Origin: Laetmonice hystrix
Lineage: Eukaryota
Reading direction: 5' to 3'
Length of the DNA stretch: 64,000 bases
NCBI GenBank assembly: GCA_965235115.1
Contig: OZ249436.1
Location: forward strand, 64,108,001 to 64,172,000
The notes beneath the pieces are model-generated. The model did not search any database and had not been told where the DNA came from. It saw nothing but the letters and a program-made list of their open reading frames with translations. The translations under genes were made by a program, and so were the position numbers. Shown piece after piece: positions 24,600 to 37,665 of this stretch. Each line of letters begins with the position of its first letter. Within the stretch, counting starts at the first letter, position 1.

Positions 24600-27500
24600 T
24601 ACTGGATATTACGTGAGACAAGCTGGGTGTCTTCCGAGTTCACTATCAGGGGTTCAACAACAATGGTTCCATTTATCCCCCCAGGTGGCGCCACTGTGGG
24701 AGACAACCGCTGGTATTCGAACCCACCCCTGGTGTCTGAACCACAGACTGTCTGACTGGGAAAACATGTCTGTTGAATGGAACCACCACCAGCCTTGCGT
24801 TAGTCCCAGACGTTTCTGGTGCCACCTGCTCCCTGCCGCCCAGGTCAGGAGGCAGACGCGCCAGCCCTTAGTGGTAGGAAATGACACCATCAGGGTGCCG
24901 TCTAGGTTTCCCTCACCTGGACATCAATTTCAACCTGTTGTTTATCAAAGTCCGCTGGCCTCACCGATTTCTTTGCCCCGGTGTTTGCACTCTCACGTTT
25001 CTGAAGCCGCGCGGACTGTCTATCTGCCCAGCTAGAGCATACTATTAAACTACGTATAAAACAATAAATTGATTGACCCTGCCACTGTTCTCTGCGGGTT
25101 TATATATTACAGCGAGGCCCAGTATCATTCTAATACGATTCAGTCAACAAGACTCACGTATCCCAATATCAATGGTACATATGTCATTCCGGGATAAGTA
25201 GTATTATACTGTATACTATGGAATTTATCACCCCAGAAAAGTACTCAATCTACAGTTACATTACAATAAATGATACAATAAGACTATTCATGGAAACGGC
25301 AGAAATTATAGCAGTAGTGATAAACAAATGTTAGCCCTAATTTTAAATTCGACCAGCTGACGCTTCCCATACGTTTATTACTTGTGGCTCGATCAGTCAA
25401 TATCCGGTTCATGCGAGGCTCACATTACCCGCCGTCGGTGCTAATGAATGGGTTCAGTTTACTCCATAATTTCACATGTCGTGTTACAAATATAGCTGTG
25501 AGCACGCAAGGAGCCGCGAGTTGGTACACGAGTCCACCACCATCGGCCAGGTGATGGCTGTCAGCGAGTGACTAATTTTGTTGGGTTTACGATAGGCCCT
25601 TTGGGTCTGGCGACTACTTTTAGTACCAGAACATTATAACTACATGTATATGTCAACTATAGGCAGCCGTGACGCTGTTGATGGTATTGAAAAGAAACCT
25701 GTACACCGGGACGAATTACCATCCTCATCGCCAGATGTCGCAAGGGTTCGTTTCATGTTGCCCGGTGTATCTATAGGCAAAGACCACTGGTAGCGACCCA
25801 GAGAGAGTTGAGGTTTGCTACAAGGCTTACCGATACTTTACCAGTAGACTTGGTGATATATGGCCGGCCAGTGGAGCACTCAAAACACGGGAACATCCTC
25901 ACAAAATACACGCCCCTTCATGACCTACATCACAAGGCTTTCTACAACTCAACACAACCCTTCAAGTGAAGTTTGTTTTTCAGGATACTAAGGTTGTTTA
26001 GGTACTACAGTACATGCACAGGCTTATTTTCTTGCCGACGGCACTGTAAAAAGACAAGCTCTTCTTTTTTTTTATTGATTTGCACAGAGACATATCTCTC
26101 AGAATTAGCTAACACAACTCGTTTTTCACCCCCCCCCCCGGTTTTCTAATAAACTCATTAATTTTCTTCTTCTAAATATTTCTCTGTTGATGACAGATTA
26201 ACCAGACGGGCAGTTCACTAATAATCTCATTTGAATCACCCAATGCCGGACTAGACTTCGACCCGCCGTGACAGACCTGGCGAGTTGACGACGAAGCTGA
26301 TCTTAACCCGGTGACATTAAATGAAGGTCTTCATGGTGGCACTGCTCTCACGCCATCATCATTACGACGCTGTAGTGGACATGGCGAGGACGACAACCAG
26401 TTGGCACTGACCACCACCTCCCCACACTCCCTCCCCCAACCCCTCTCACACTGCTACCTCCCTCAGTGACTCACCGCTCCTGCCGGCTCGTTTGTCTGCC
26501 ACCACAGTCAAGGGTTAAAGCGATACTCCGCTCGGCCGTTCATCGGCCAATTTTACCGACCTAGTGTCATATTTGCTGACTGCAATTGTCCTATGTTGTT
26601 ATCACTGGCCTGAATGAAAAACTAAGACCGAGAAATAGTATGTCAAATGGTCCCACAAAACTGAGGACACCAAACACACATCAGTCTGTCATTCAGCGAG
26701 GTGCCACTTTGGAAAGCATGGCAGCCTTGGCTAGGCTAACAACTACAGGAGCGGTAGGCTTTTTATATTCCTGTCATGTAGGAAATTACTGGATCTGATG
26801 TAAAAGCATTAATCTGAATGTCTTTACAAGCCTACCCTTGGAAATGGCTCGAACCGCTCGAATACTGTTTGCTTAGCCCTGCTGAGTCACTGCCACCCAA
26901 AGACTGCGACAATATAAGCTATTTACTGGAAAATCTCTGCATAATCCAACAAGGTGATCCATCATGGAGGCCTAGTTGTAGTTTTAGATTTCAGGTCTTC
27001 TGTCTACAGCAGACACCCTATCAATACCCCATATAACCTACCAAAAGTTTCTACTATATCTGGACTGTAAGTATTGATCCTGATTCACTATACATTGTAT
27101 TATCGCCCTACGATGTCAAAAACAAACAAAAAATATATATATATAAAAAAAAAAGGGGAGGATGTCAGGATTGTAAGCTGGAAGGCCTCGACAAAGCACC
27201 GACAATAAAATTCCTGTCTATGAGGCCAACATTTCTGTCACGCACGCAGATTCAATTGTCATGGGAGCTGTCAATCTGGTGGCGTCTTTGAATCGTAAAC
27301 ACTTCACCGATTCCCGCCACTGGTATCCGAGTTAATATATTCATGACTAAAAACTGGCAAGCAATACCGTCACACGACCTGACCGACATGGGCTCAAGCT
27401 GCCAATTCAATACCCGATCAGATCATTTTGTGTCATGGTGAATTGAAACGGGCAGGTAGAAGCAAAGAAATGCAACCACATGACTGGCCAGCGGTTGGGC

Positions 27501-30500
27501 AATGTTGGCTGGGCATTTATTATCAGCCTGAGTAGAGCCGCTGTGTAGAAGAAGCGTCGACCCTGGGTGGTTTCAGCAGGCCAACACATGAAGCCTCTTG
27601 CCCGTTACCCATACAAGAAATACTGCACCAAAGTTTTTAACAACTCGTATGTCACCGCTGCCTGACTGTCGGAGCTGTTCAATAAATTATGCCATTAGCA
27701 CATTCACTTTGAGGACTCACGCCTACATATCAATAAAGAAATTATGTTCCCATTCCCCCATGTGTATTAGCATTTTCTTTTATGGGTGCGCTGCCCATTT
27801 CTCATTGAGATGCTGACGTGATCCCTGAAGGTTCCCATTCCCCTGGTGGTGGTCACGTATATAAATACGTACAGCGAACCCCCTACAAAGACAGTGATCT
27901 TCAAAGCCAGCACGATCATATTTCATTATGACACCAACAACTGAGATGTTCTACATGTGGTGTACCCATTAAAAGGTCCTCTGAGTCAGTCTTCTTACAG
28001 ACATATCTTTTTCCTATCCCAACTGGGTTTTTTCTCTCTCCAAGTGTACCCCCAGTTTTTCTCCTTCATGTTTGGTCATCAGGTCAAAGTATTCGTGACC
28101 GTCTCATTTCAGTATGCATCAATTGGTCGTTTTTCACAATACATTGTAATGCTATATTTTCACCGATGATGACAGAGCTTAAGTATGTCTGTGTCTCCCT
28201 TACAAACATCGGATGCTCGTCCACTACATCACTTGGTATCCACAATGTTTTCATTATGTTTTCTTCTTTCTTTTCATCAATCTGTTCTGTGTCCTTCCAT
28301 ATACACTTTTTTTTTAATCTTTCTTCGTCTCCCCCCCCCCCCCGCCCTCAAATGCAATGATATTTGTGAGGTCTAAGTATGAGAGTGCGGGGTTCCCCTG
28401 GCTGTTATACAGTAAGGCGACAGTCGACAACTTGTGTTCTAAAACCACCACTCTATCACTTAACCTCGTTTCTGTACAGAACAGAAAACTAAGGCACGAT
28501 TGTTTTTGTTGTCTTCATTTAACAGATTATGTAGACATTTCACATTACATCGCATGATATTCTTGAAATGTGTTCATAATTTACAGTATTTGGCTCTTTC
28601 AAGCCCCCTTACCCAATTTATAATAATGTATAAAAGAAACCCAAATGCTAATTTCTTTTGTTAAAAGAAGAAACAAAATGGGAAAATTTCGAAAAGACAA
28701 AGCATATGTTCCTGGCTGTGGATGAACACGAGCAGGATACAGTTTGGGAATGGCATCTCCTAACACGACCCCAACAACAATTGAAAGGTCATGCTGGCAT
28801 GCATCCTACCCTCTGGGCCATTTCATGCCATCTATGCCGTGCAGCTATAGCCTTGTTTGAAGGGCCCGTCAGTCCTGTGTGGTCTAATAAAATCCCGTCC
28901 TATGGCATCCGATCAGGCTTTAAACATCAACAGTCAACCTTCTGACAACCGCACCAGCAGTACATCACTCCAGTACCCCCCTCCCCCCGAAAAAAAAACT
29001 ACCCAAAAATCATTAAATGTAAGAATAATGGGAATGGCTTTTTTTAAGTTTCTTTGTGAATTTGCTTGGATGATTTACGTTGCTGTATCCTCTGCGTAAC
29101 GTCAGCCTGGTTATAATACATTATAATGGGTAAATAGGGCTGGGGTCCTACGGACAATGCTGCATGGGTTCGGTAAATGTCAAGTCCAATATTAAGTGTC
29201 AATGTCGGCGTGCCAGGACAGAGAGTTATTTGTGGACAACATGTCTTTATGGGCGAACATTCCACGTCAACGCCTGGCCAGGAATAAACCTATGACATCA
29301 GGACCTTCCATTGTCTTCATCGGAGCACTTCGAGCACCCGGACACTGAGGGAAAGTCGGCGACATGACAGCCCGGCGGCCTTCATCAAACTTTGCTACAC
29401 AAGCAATTCTTTTAGGGGGACAAATAGATCAATAATCCTCACGTCAATATGATTATGTTATGCCCTGATCCGGTACAAAGACCGCAATAAATAACCACAG
29501 TTCTGTATTGATTCACTTGCAGTTTTTAAGGAAACAAGATTTTAAGATATTTCTGCTGGACTGCAGTAAAGTCCCACAGAGACTAGCTCTTATTAGTAGG
29601 CAGTGTGGTCCGACAGCCTGAAGCGGACTTCCAAGTGGTCAGTGTGTGTGCCGGTCAGACTCCATATCCTGTATCCCTCAGGGACAGGCCATATTACAGC
29701 CCTGTCACCGCGCGGCCTACCGGGTAAATGTCCCTTGAGGACAACGTTTCTATCCTGCAAGCAACAATCCTCTTGAGACATGACTTGTTTCATTAGGACT
29801 AAATTGAAGGATCTCCAAGCATTCTCGAAGGTCGCAAAAATAGGTCGTGAATCGTATCCCTTGGCACAGGTTGTACAGGCTCTTGTTGGTGAAGGACGAA
29901 AATACACTGAACTAGAGCAGGGATCTATAGTTTTTTCCTTTGTTATTTCCCCCCAAACAACCCTTGACATTTAACCTACCGTGTGAGCGTTTCATCAAAC
30001 ATCGTTTCTCTTGCGATCTGCTAAGATTGGTTGGGTTCCAGTGTCAGAAAGTCATGCATAAGCTTGCTGCCGCCACCAATATCAGTTACTCGGTGACTGT
30101 TGGTCCATGTTAGCAGTCATCCCTACAACGGTCGGTATTTCCAAACATTCAGCCACAAACTTTACTAACACTAGCAGTAACACGAAGCTTGATTACTGGG
30201 GCTGAGGGAGAAAAAAGATTAACAGTTCCAATTAAGTATTAAGTAGCTCAACACCTTATTCTCACGATAAATACCTGTTTAATCCGATACAAACTCACAC
30301 AGTCCCTGGCTGTGAGCACTAAATGAAGCAGGTCATTTCACCTAGTTTTGTCATGAGACATTCCGGGCATATAGGTCATCACACATTAGGTCCAGACATT
30401 CATTGAAGTCATGTCGGTTCCAAGCAGCATTTTGTCTATTTCAAGTTTTTCTGGGGAGGCTAACTGACGTCTTTCACCCAAAAATTACTTTTCAACAACA

Positions 30501-32559
30501 GTGGACGCATTGTTTGGCTAAAGCTCTCCACTCATTTCATGACGGTTCGCCGTGTATGGCTCACGGCACTTGGCAAATATTGACAACCGAAGACAAAACC
30601 CGCCACACATCTCGGCTCAAGTCCATGGCTAAACCCTGAATATTTAATGTTCAAAATGCTTCACTCCCACATTTCTCAAATGGCAACATTTCCTTGTCGT
30701 TCAAGTGAAGTCAAAGTCATTCAGTTTTCTTCTGCTTGTAGAATACGGGATACCTTTCAGTTGGAATCAGTAAGTTCATTGTGTGACAAATGTCATTTGG
30801 GGTCAAGGGGCCATGGTGCTAAAGAACTAGTAGACCGACAGCGGATCATACGTGGGCCAATAGTGTGTAATTGTTCCGCCAGGTCAAGTGGTCAAGGAGA
30901 ACTGACTACAGTTACAAGTAGGCAACAGTCAGACACACACACATATCCCTGCAAACACAAGGGAACTAAAAGGTACTTTCAGGTAAGAATGTTATGACTC
31001 ACGGGTTCAGACACGCACTAACAGAAACACTAATGCGTTACTGTCAATCTGCTATTGCTCCTAAATCCAATATTTCTCGTCTTTATCCTACTGACCTAGA
31101 GGCATGGCAGTGTAACTGCTCCGCCAGTATTGGCTCCAAGAGGGAAGATTTCTCTGCTGGGCTTGGAATGTGAGCAGGGATTTTATTTACACTCGTGACT
31201 TTATTTGAGAAATCTGACTCACATTTAAGAATGCATTATCTGTCGCAAGGATCGCATAATCTTACATCTGAATTCCCTTAAAGGCCAAAGGCATTCCAGT
31301 CGTCAACATGCAACACAGAGGCCATGAAAAAAGCAAATGTGGTAAATGTTTCCAATTAGTGCGAGCTGTTCGCTCAAGTTCACTTACTGGAGCCGTTACC
31401 CACATTGTACCCAGGTGCATGTCACCAGTTAACAGTGCTAACATCAGTAGCTTCTGAACGGCAAAAATACGTAGGGGAAGGCCACTATCTATCCTGACCA
31501 CTCTCCAACCAAATCTGTGGCTACCCAATCAGTGATTTCGCCAATTTGTGAGGATTACAATGTCATGCCGGTCACGCCTGGCATTGGATCAAAGCTGCCA
31601 CCACGTCCGAGCGTGCTGTGGGCGATGACCGCCCAGGCCGTGAATGACGGCACGCGAGCCGGTCTTGTATCCTGGCTGGTTCAATGAGCCCGAATGACCA
31701 CTCCTCCACGGACCAGTGTCGGGACGAGCATGCCTGTATCGTACCGTTAAAACCAATCCAATTAGAAGTGTCAACCACCTCAGGTCCATATGCACCAGGG
31801 CGGAACAACCTGGTGTCGTCACATTGTAAAACATGTATATTTAACCATTACCTTTGAAGATACACAATGACACAGGACTGGACACGACCAACAACCCCGC
31901 CACCACGCAAGTGGTTCTCCCGAAATAACTCCTCTTATGTTGAGGCATTGTCTAAGCCTGGAAATGACATGTTAATTCCCTTTAACCTCTACATCTTTCA
32001 GTTGTATAAGTACATGTATTTTCTAGTATTTTCATGTTATGGAGAAATAAGTCAGTTCATTAAGTATACCTCCACAAAGTTTATGTTTCATATCATATAT
32101 ATAATTGTGTGTAAAGCTGTTAAGGATGCAGCAGTATGGTACATGTTATGTTGTGAAGTTAGCAACCATCATTATGAACAACAGTATGTTATAAGACCAT
32201 ATCTTCATATTTTAGTATAAAAAGACTTTAGAAGTGTCTCTGAACATCAGTCAGTGACAACCTTACTGGTATATATTCCGCCAGGACAATATTTCCTAAA
32301 ACCAGAAGATATTATGACGGTCAATTGATTTATTATTTTTATTATCATTTCTTAACCATCGTGTTTGGTATCATTATAAAGGAAATAGCAGTATGAACAA
32401 TTAGAACACCGTATTTTAGGTGTAAGTTAAATATAAAAAGAGTTACCCAATATCTGTAGGTTGATGTGGTGAGGGCAAGGTTCGTTCCGGTGGCTGGTCA
32501 GGGTTAATTAGTAAGCTCCGCCCCATTTACTACCCTACAGTATATATACCCCCTTAGTT

Positions 32560-32655
32560 AGAGAGACAGATACAGAGGAATATAGACAGATATAGGGAGA
32601 TAGACGGAGAGACACACACAGATAGAGACATAGGCAGAGATACAGAGAGAGAGTT
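32560..32655. repeat. Degenerate GA/GATA/GACA microsatellite
   Basis: agagagacagatacagag...agatacagagagagag seen directly. Confidence 0.75.
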
Positions 32656-34693
32656 CTGAACCAGCCACCCACGCAGCCTGGCCATGACCATCAACCACCG
32701 TAACTCCTGGTAGGTGTTTTGCCTTTACTCTAAGTATTATGGCTGGACTACTCTAAATCTTATTTTACTGTATTTGGGTATACTACCCACTGGTAGGTTC
32801 GAACCATGTCGGCATACCCCACTTTACTTGTCTTGGCAATCGCCACCACTGTTCAGCCACCAAGACAGACGTCCTAGAATAAACTACCAACAACCACATT
32901 TTTAATCAAACCCCCAATCTTGTGTTATTTTATCAATATGCTAGCTTTCCCCCCATTAGAAAACCTCTCTTATAAGTCGCGTGGAGTTGGGTTGTGGTGC
33001 AGAGCTAATGCCATGTTAGATCTGTCACCCACCGAACGACACGACGAAACCTGCATGCTACGCCGAATTGGGTTCCCATTCGGACCGGTTACAATGCCCA
33101 CTGCCACGACCCACAATGCCCACTGCCATGGCCCACAATGCCAGCTCCTGGCTGACGTTCCCCGCCACACACTCTGGCCGTAAAGGGATGGCTTCAGCCG
33201 ACTCTCCTTGACACAACCACCCTGAATGATGCCGTAAAACCGTCAACCCTGAATTCTACCCACCATCCCTGACACTGGCCAGTGTGGGCCTGGCTGTGAG
33301 CACTACGTACGTCCCCCTCCCTCCCACACGCGATCAAAGATGGTTACCAAAGGAAACCTGACGGTCGTGTTACCCTGGAGATAATATGGCCAATCCATCA
33401 CGAAACGGAAAACCAGAACTATGATTTATACCAGATTTTCCTGACCAACTGCCAATCAAGAAACTTTGCCACCTTTTCAAGTCCTTTCGGACTGGAGGCG
33501 CACAAGTAAAGCATTTCTCACTGTCCAGCTGAACTAAATATAGCCTCAAACCGTCGTTGATATGCACACCATCTGCAGAGCTGAGCCTGTTGCTTCTTCA
33601 AGACCTATTGACCTGGCAAAAAGCCGCCCTGAGCAGCATCCACTGCTCCGGTCCAGAGGTTTCCCTCGGACAACGGTCGATCAGCACCGTCGGCTCAATA
33701 ACCGGTCGTGATGGACCCCAGCTTACAACAACTAGATCTTGGGATCGGAGCTCCTCCATGAACGCTGAATATCAAGGCTGTGAGAATCCATCAATTGTCT
33801 GTGTGACCAGCTTCGTAAATAACAGATTTATACAGAGTCTAGTATGTCGAACCCCGTCAATCAGCCGGGTTAAAAAGAAACTGATAAACTGATCCAAATA
33901 CAAACAGAGCTCAATATTCCGAATAGGCTAATATCATGTGAAAAAAACGGATCAGATGGTCAGACGTTTTAAAATACCTAAATCACAAAAATGTAATCAT
34001 GGATTTCACAGACGTACGTAATACGTGTAGTTCCCTTTGAAACGACATATTCCAAACAAAAGTATTCAATACCATGTGCGTGAGGCCACCAGCTACTTAA
34101 CGTCAAAACCGATACTATTCCTTGGCAAACAGCTTAAAAAGAGTTTGACCATAAAACAGACTCCTGGCCTGCCGAACAGGAAACATAACATCCAGCAGCC
34201 CTTTAGATATCCATCACTTCACAACCGTGATTTCATAGGAAGATCGGACAGACTAAAGTACCGAGCGTACTTGGGAAGCAATGCGTGTCACTGGTAGCAA
34301 AAGCAAAAGCAAAATGTTCATCGCGTTTACTCTTCAAATAATGGCACAAGGAAATCCATGCAGAATCTGTGTTACAACTTGATGTTTTACCGGCAACAGC
34401 CAAAATGATAGAATTTTAGCATTCATTGGCAATTTGATTTCAAATAGAATTTTTAATACTTCATGATCTCTCCCTCCTCTTTCCTCCTTTCCAGATTTAT
34501 GGCCTCACAATACCGAACTGATTCTGACTTGGGATAGCCAGCGACACTAGGCCTGGGCTGTAATACAGAACTGAGACAGGAAAAAAACCCTTCCTATAGA
34601 TGTCAAACAACAGTGACTCATCCAACATGGAGCCCACAAACCTTTGTAAAATATTCAGCATTAGAAACAGGTCAATCACGAAATATCACTTAC

Positions 34694-34740
34694 CAGCTGC
34701 CCAATGAAACATGACCAAAGACTCTTTTTTTCCCGAACAT
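34694..34740 (-). CDS. Candidate alternative first coding exon MFGKKRVFGHVSLGS(W)
   Basis: ATG at 34740; donor CTG/gtaagt in phase 2. Confidence 0.35.
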
Positions 34741-34949
34741 TAGATCTGGAAACTGTTCTAATTTGGCTATCACCAGATATCAAGCTACCAGGCCCGCCAC
34801 GCCACTGATTTCCCACCCTTTAACCACGACAACGCTCTCCGCAGTACGATAAGCCTGTGGCTGTAATATTTCAGGGAGCTCCCTATACCGCAGAAAGGAC
34901 ACTTTTAACAGAATAAGGCACAGCCTCTAAAATAAAATAAAACTGTCAA

Positions 34950-35600
34950 TACAAATTTACTCTCAGATAAGGAAATCGCTACTTTTAACGATATAGTATT
35001 TTCAGCTTGAAGTAGGATCCTTTTAATAGCAGTGGATTGTCATCAAGTCAGACCCTTGCCATCTTGCCCATGTACATCTCCCACAATACAAGGGGTTCAA
35101 AACTGTTATCTTCTCGTTCAAATAAAACCTAAACTGTGTCCTTGACGCGAAGATCATAGAGCATCCTTGTGTTCTACTAATCTAACTTCATATAGTTTAT
35201 TATATTTGACAGTCTGCCACTTTTCATGGTCACTTTACGTTCGGTTTTTTTTGCTGAGTCATCTACTCAAGTTTTTTTTTCTCCATTATAAGATTTCATA
35301 TTGTAAACTTTTCTTTTTTCTACACTTGACTAAAATTGCTACTATTGTGGGGTATTTATTATTGCCGTACCGTCTGTCTGTGTTTGCTACCCGAATGACA
35401 TAGCAGCAATCTCTGAAGCGGATTCATCCCCACGCCTGACGCCATAAAGCTTTAGGTCAAAGACGTCCAAAATGTCACTCATAATGCTTTTTGCCCTAAA
35501 CCTCTCGTCTACATGATCAACGAGATCACCATATTCATCACAACTGACTTATAGTCACTCTTTGAGACTTGCCTGTTTCCAATGAGTCAGTGTCTGCGAA
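34950..35600 (-). pseudogene. Possible decayed hAT-type transposase C-terminal fragment
   Basis: YGDLVDHVDERFRAKSIMSDILDVFDLKLYG (about 35530-35440), then a frameshifted KMARV..STA..KLKIL near 35050-35000, reminiscent of the hAT dimerisation motif; multiple stops. Confidence 0.3.
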
Positions 35601-37600
35601 GTTCTTAATTCGGCAGCAGTGCACTATGGTTGGAATGGTGGGTGGGCTTGTTCAATAGTGGAGTGGCACCCAGACGTTTCAACTCCCCTTACCCATGGGA
35701 GGGTGAATCAGCGCTGGTCAATCTATCTACCAGTTCGGCTACACGGCGGGTTGGGGGGGGGGGGGGGTCCTGTCAATCACTACGACAACTTGGGTCAATC
35801 AGCAGAAGTCGTTTAGGTTCTACTGGAACATCAGCAATCAGCTGACCCACCAGTTCTGGTCGCCATGACCGCAGGGATCAGTACATTACCATCATCCTGG
35901 TGACAGCTGGTCACAAACAAATTGTCAGGTCCAAGTAATTCATAGACTCTCCCAAAACTCCCGCTGACTCACCTCCAATCAATCGGACAGTGGCCATTTT
36001 AAACGCATTTCTGACATTCTTTCCAAGTATATTAAGCCATTTCGAATTCGTTGTCCTGCAAACGACGCACTACATATCGTAGTTGGGATTTTAAAGATAA
36101 TCTCGATCAGTATCACAGATTTAAAGAAAGCAAACATTGAGTTCAGTGACCCAGGTTAACGCTGTTTCGCTCTTCATGGTTCTACTGTCAATGGTGAACC
36201 ACAGCACTGTCAAAGTGAGAAATTCTTGATATTTTTCATGCGGTGAGGGGTTGCCATTGTTACAAGAACGTCTTCAAACGAGAACACCAACCTTGTGCGC
36301 ACAAGAAATCTCACTAGTACAATCCTTTGATAAATCTACCTTCATCTGCTGCTATTATAAGATCAAGACCCTTGTTGCTTGATCTTTCTTCTAGTTTTTA
36401 ACCGACGGGCCCTAGGGAATTGTAAATGAGAATTAAAACAATATTTCACGAATAATTTCCGACTGGTATTTGGCGACCTCAGTCTGGAAGGCCATGTTAT
36501 TGTGGACCCAGTATCAGGCGACATCTTAATGCCCAGAGACATGCCGAGGGAGCCGCCAGAAATCCTGTTGACAATCCTATCACGGCGTCTATACGACCCG
36601 ATTACAATCACCCTTGTTTGTTAACCTTGGTTGGTTTCCACATTCCTGATGCACATCTAAAGTATCTCGCTCCTTTGATCTGCCCACCGTGGATCGTCAA
36701 AAAGAAAAAAAAGATCCCCTGTACGAATATGTCTGACGTTTGACCCCGTCCCAGATACAGTCTTCCATGCTGGAGCACGATCCGTCAAGGTTGGATCCCC
36801 AGAACTCAGGTCGGTATTCTAGATTATACTATCTCACTCTTATCTTAGCCGATTTTGAACGTATACCTGAATCTTGTTTACCAACAGCCTCATTCCTGTT
36901 CATAGATTCTGTTGGGGGTTACTATGGTTGGCTGCATTACATTAAATGTATTGTTTTCATATGTTAACCGTTAGTTGTTGCCAGGGAACATATTAAAATC
37001 AACTAATACCGGTATACATCAACGTTGCTAAAAGATTACGTTAAGCCATGCAAAACTAATTTGCTTGGAAGGATTTCTCTAAAGATTCCGACAGTCCCAA
37101 GTCTAACAGCTAAATCGGCTTAGTAACACAAGAGCCTTGAGATAACAGCCAGGCGAGCCTGAGACACTGCCACAGATTACTGAGAATACTGACGTCAGAC
37201 CTGCCAATAATCCCATGTCAGTGTGTTTAACGTAATCCCATAATATTCGACATGGAAACCACACCTTCGGCTGAGAGACATGGCCCTAATAATCTCCATC
37301 ATAAACACAAAGTGAACATTGAGAAACAAACAGCACTTGCACGCAATAGTCATAATAGTTCCACTTGTAGACCTTCAATATGCTAGCTTTGGTATGAGAT
37401 TCGTTTTTCCGGATACCTGGGCGACAAATATTAATCTGATCATGTCAACACCATTGTACAGTACATGTGTATACAAATCTTAGAACATCTGCTGTGCTTT
37501 CCACACATTTCTCCTAGTAATGTCGACATCATCCGCCTATGGCATGTCGCGACTTGTGAAAATAAAGCTCCACAAAATGTCACCAAACTTGAATACTTAC

Positions 37601-37665
37601 TTTTCCTCCGAGATGTCCATGCTCTCCATCTCGGATGTCACTTCTGCTATCTCATCTCTCAGTTG
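37601..37665 (-). CDS. CYTH: Cytohesin coiled-coil exon (65 nt)
   Basis: gtctttttgtttgtttcag acceptor, AAA/gtaagt donor; QLRDEIAEVTSEMESMDISEE+AA, homologous to cytohesin RLKDEIAEV..EIE..; phase 0 to 2, AA+G gives K when joined to 4605. Confidence 0.93.

Noticed and set aside
22910-26610. Near-identical peptides YIVITGLNE (about 22915) and YVVITGLNE (about 26592) on the plus strand with mostly third-position differences
   Set aside because: The match is only 9 aa, the flanks are unrelated and stop-bounded, and such a match is plausible by chance among all six-frame 9-mers of 64 kb.
29720-29975. Plus-strand frame LAQVVQALVGEGRKYTELEQGSIVFSFV
   Set aside because: Short, needs a frameshift to extend, and has no supporting neighbouring exons.
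31266-31528. 88-codon ORF ending on a phase-2 donor (…PLAFKGIQ-M)
   Set aside because: The donor exon side is weak (GAT/gtaaga), there is a competing internal gtaagt donor, and the peptide is not protein-like. Left out of the variable-exon set, but cheap to test together with it.
36430-36620. Protein-like plus-strand frame FRLVFGDLSLEGHVIVDPVSGDILMPRD… and a minus-strand YLDLTI motif near 35950 suggesting Penelope RT
   Set aside because: The family could not be assigned and no RT core motifs are in register; a tBLASTx/Dfam search would be needed.
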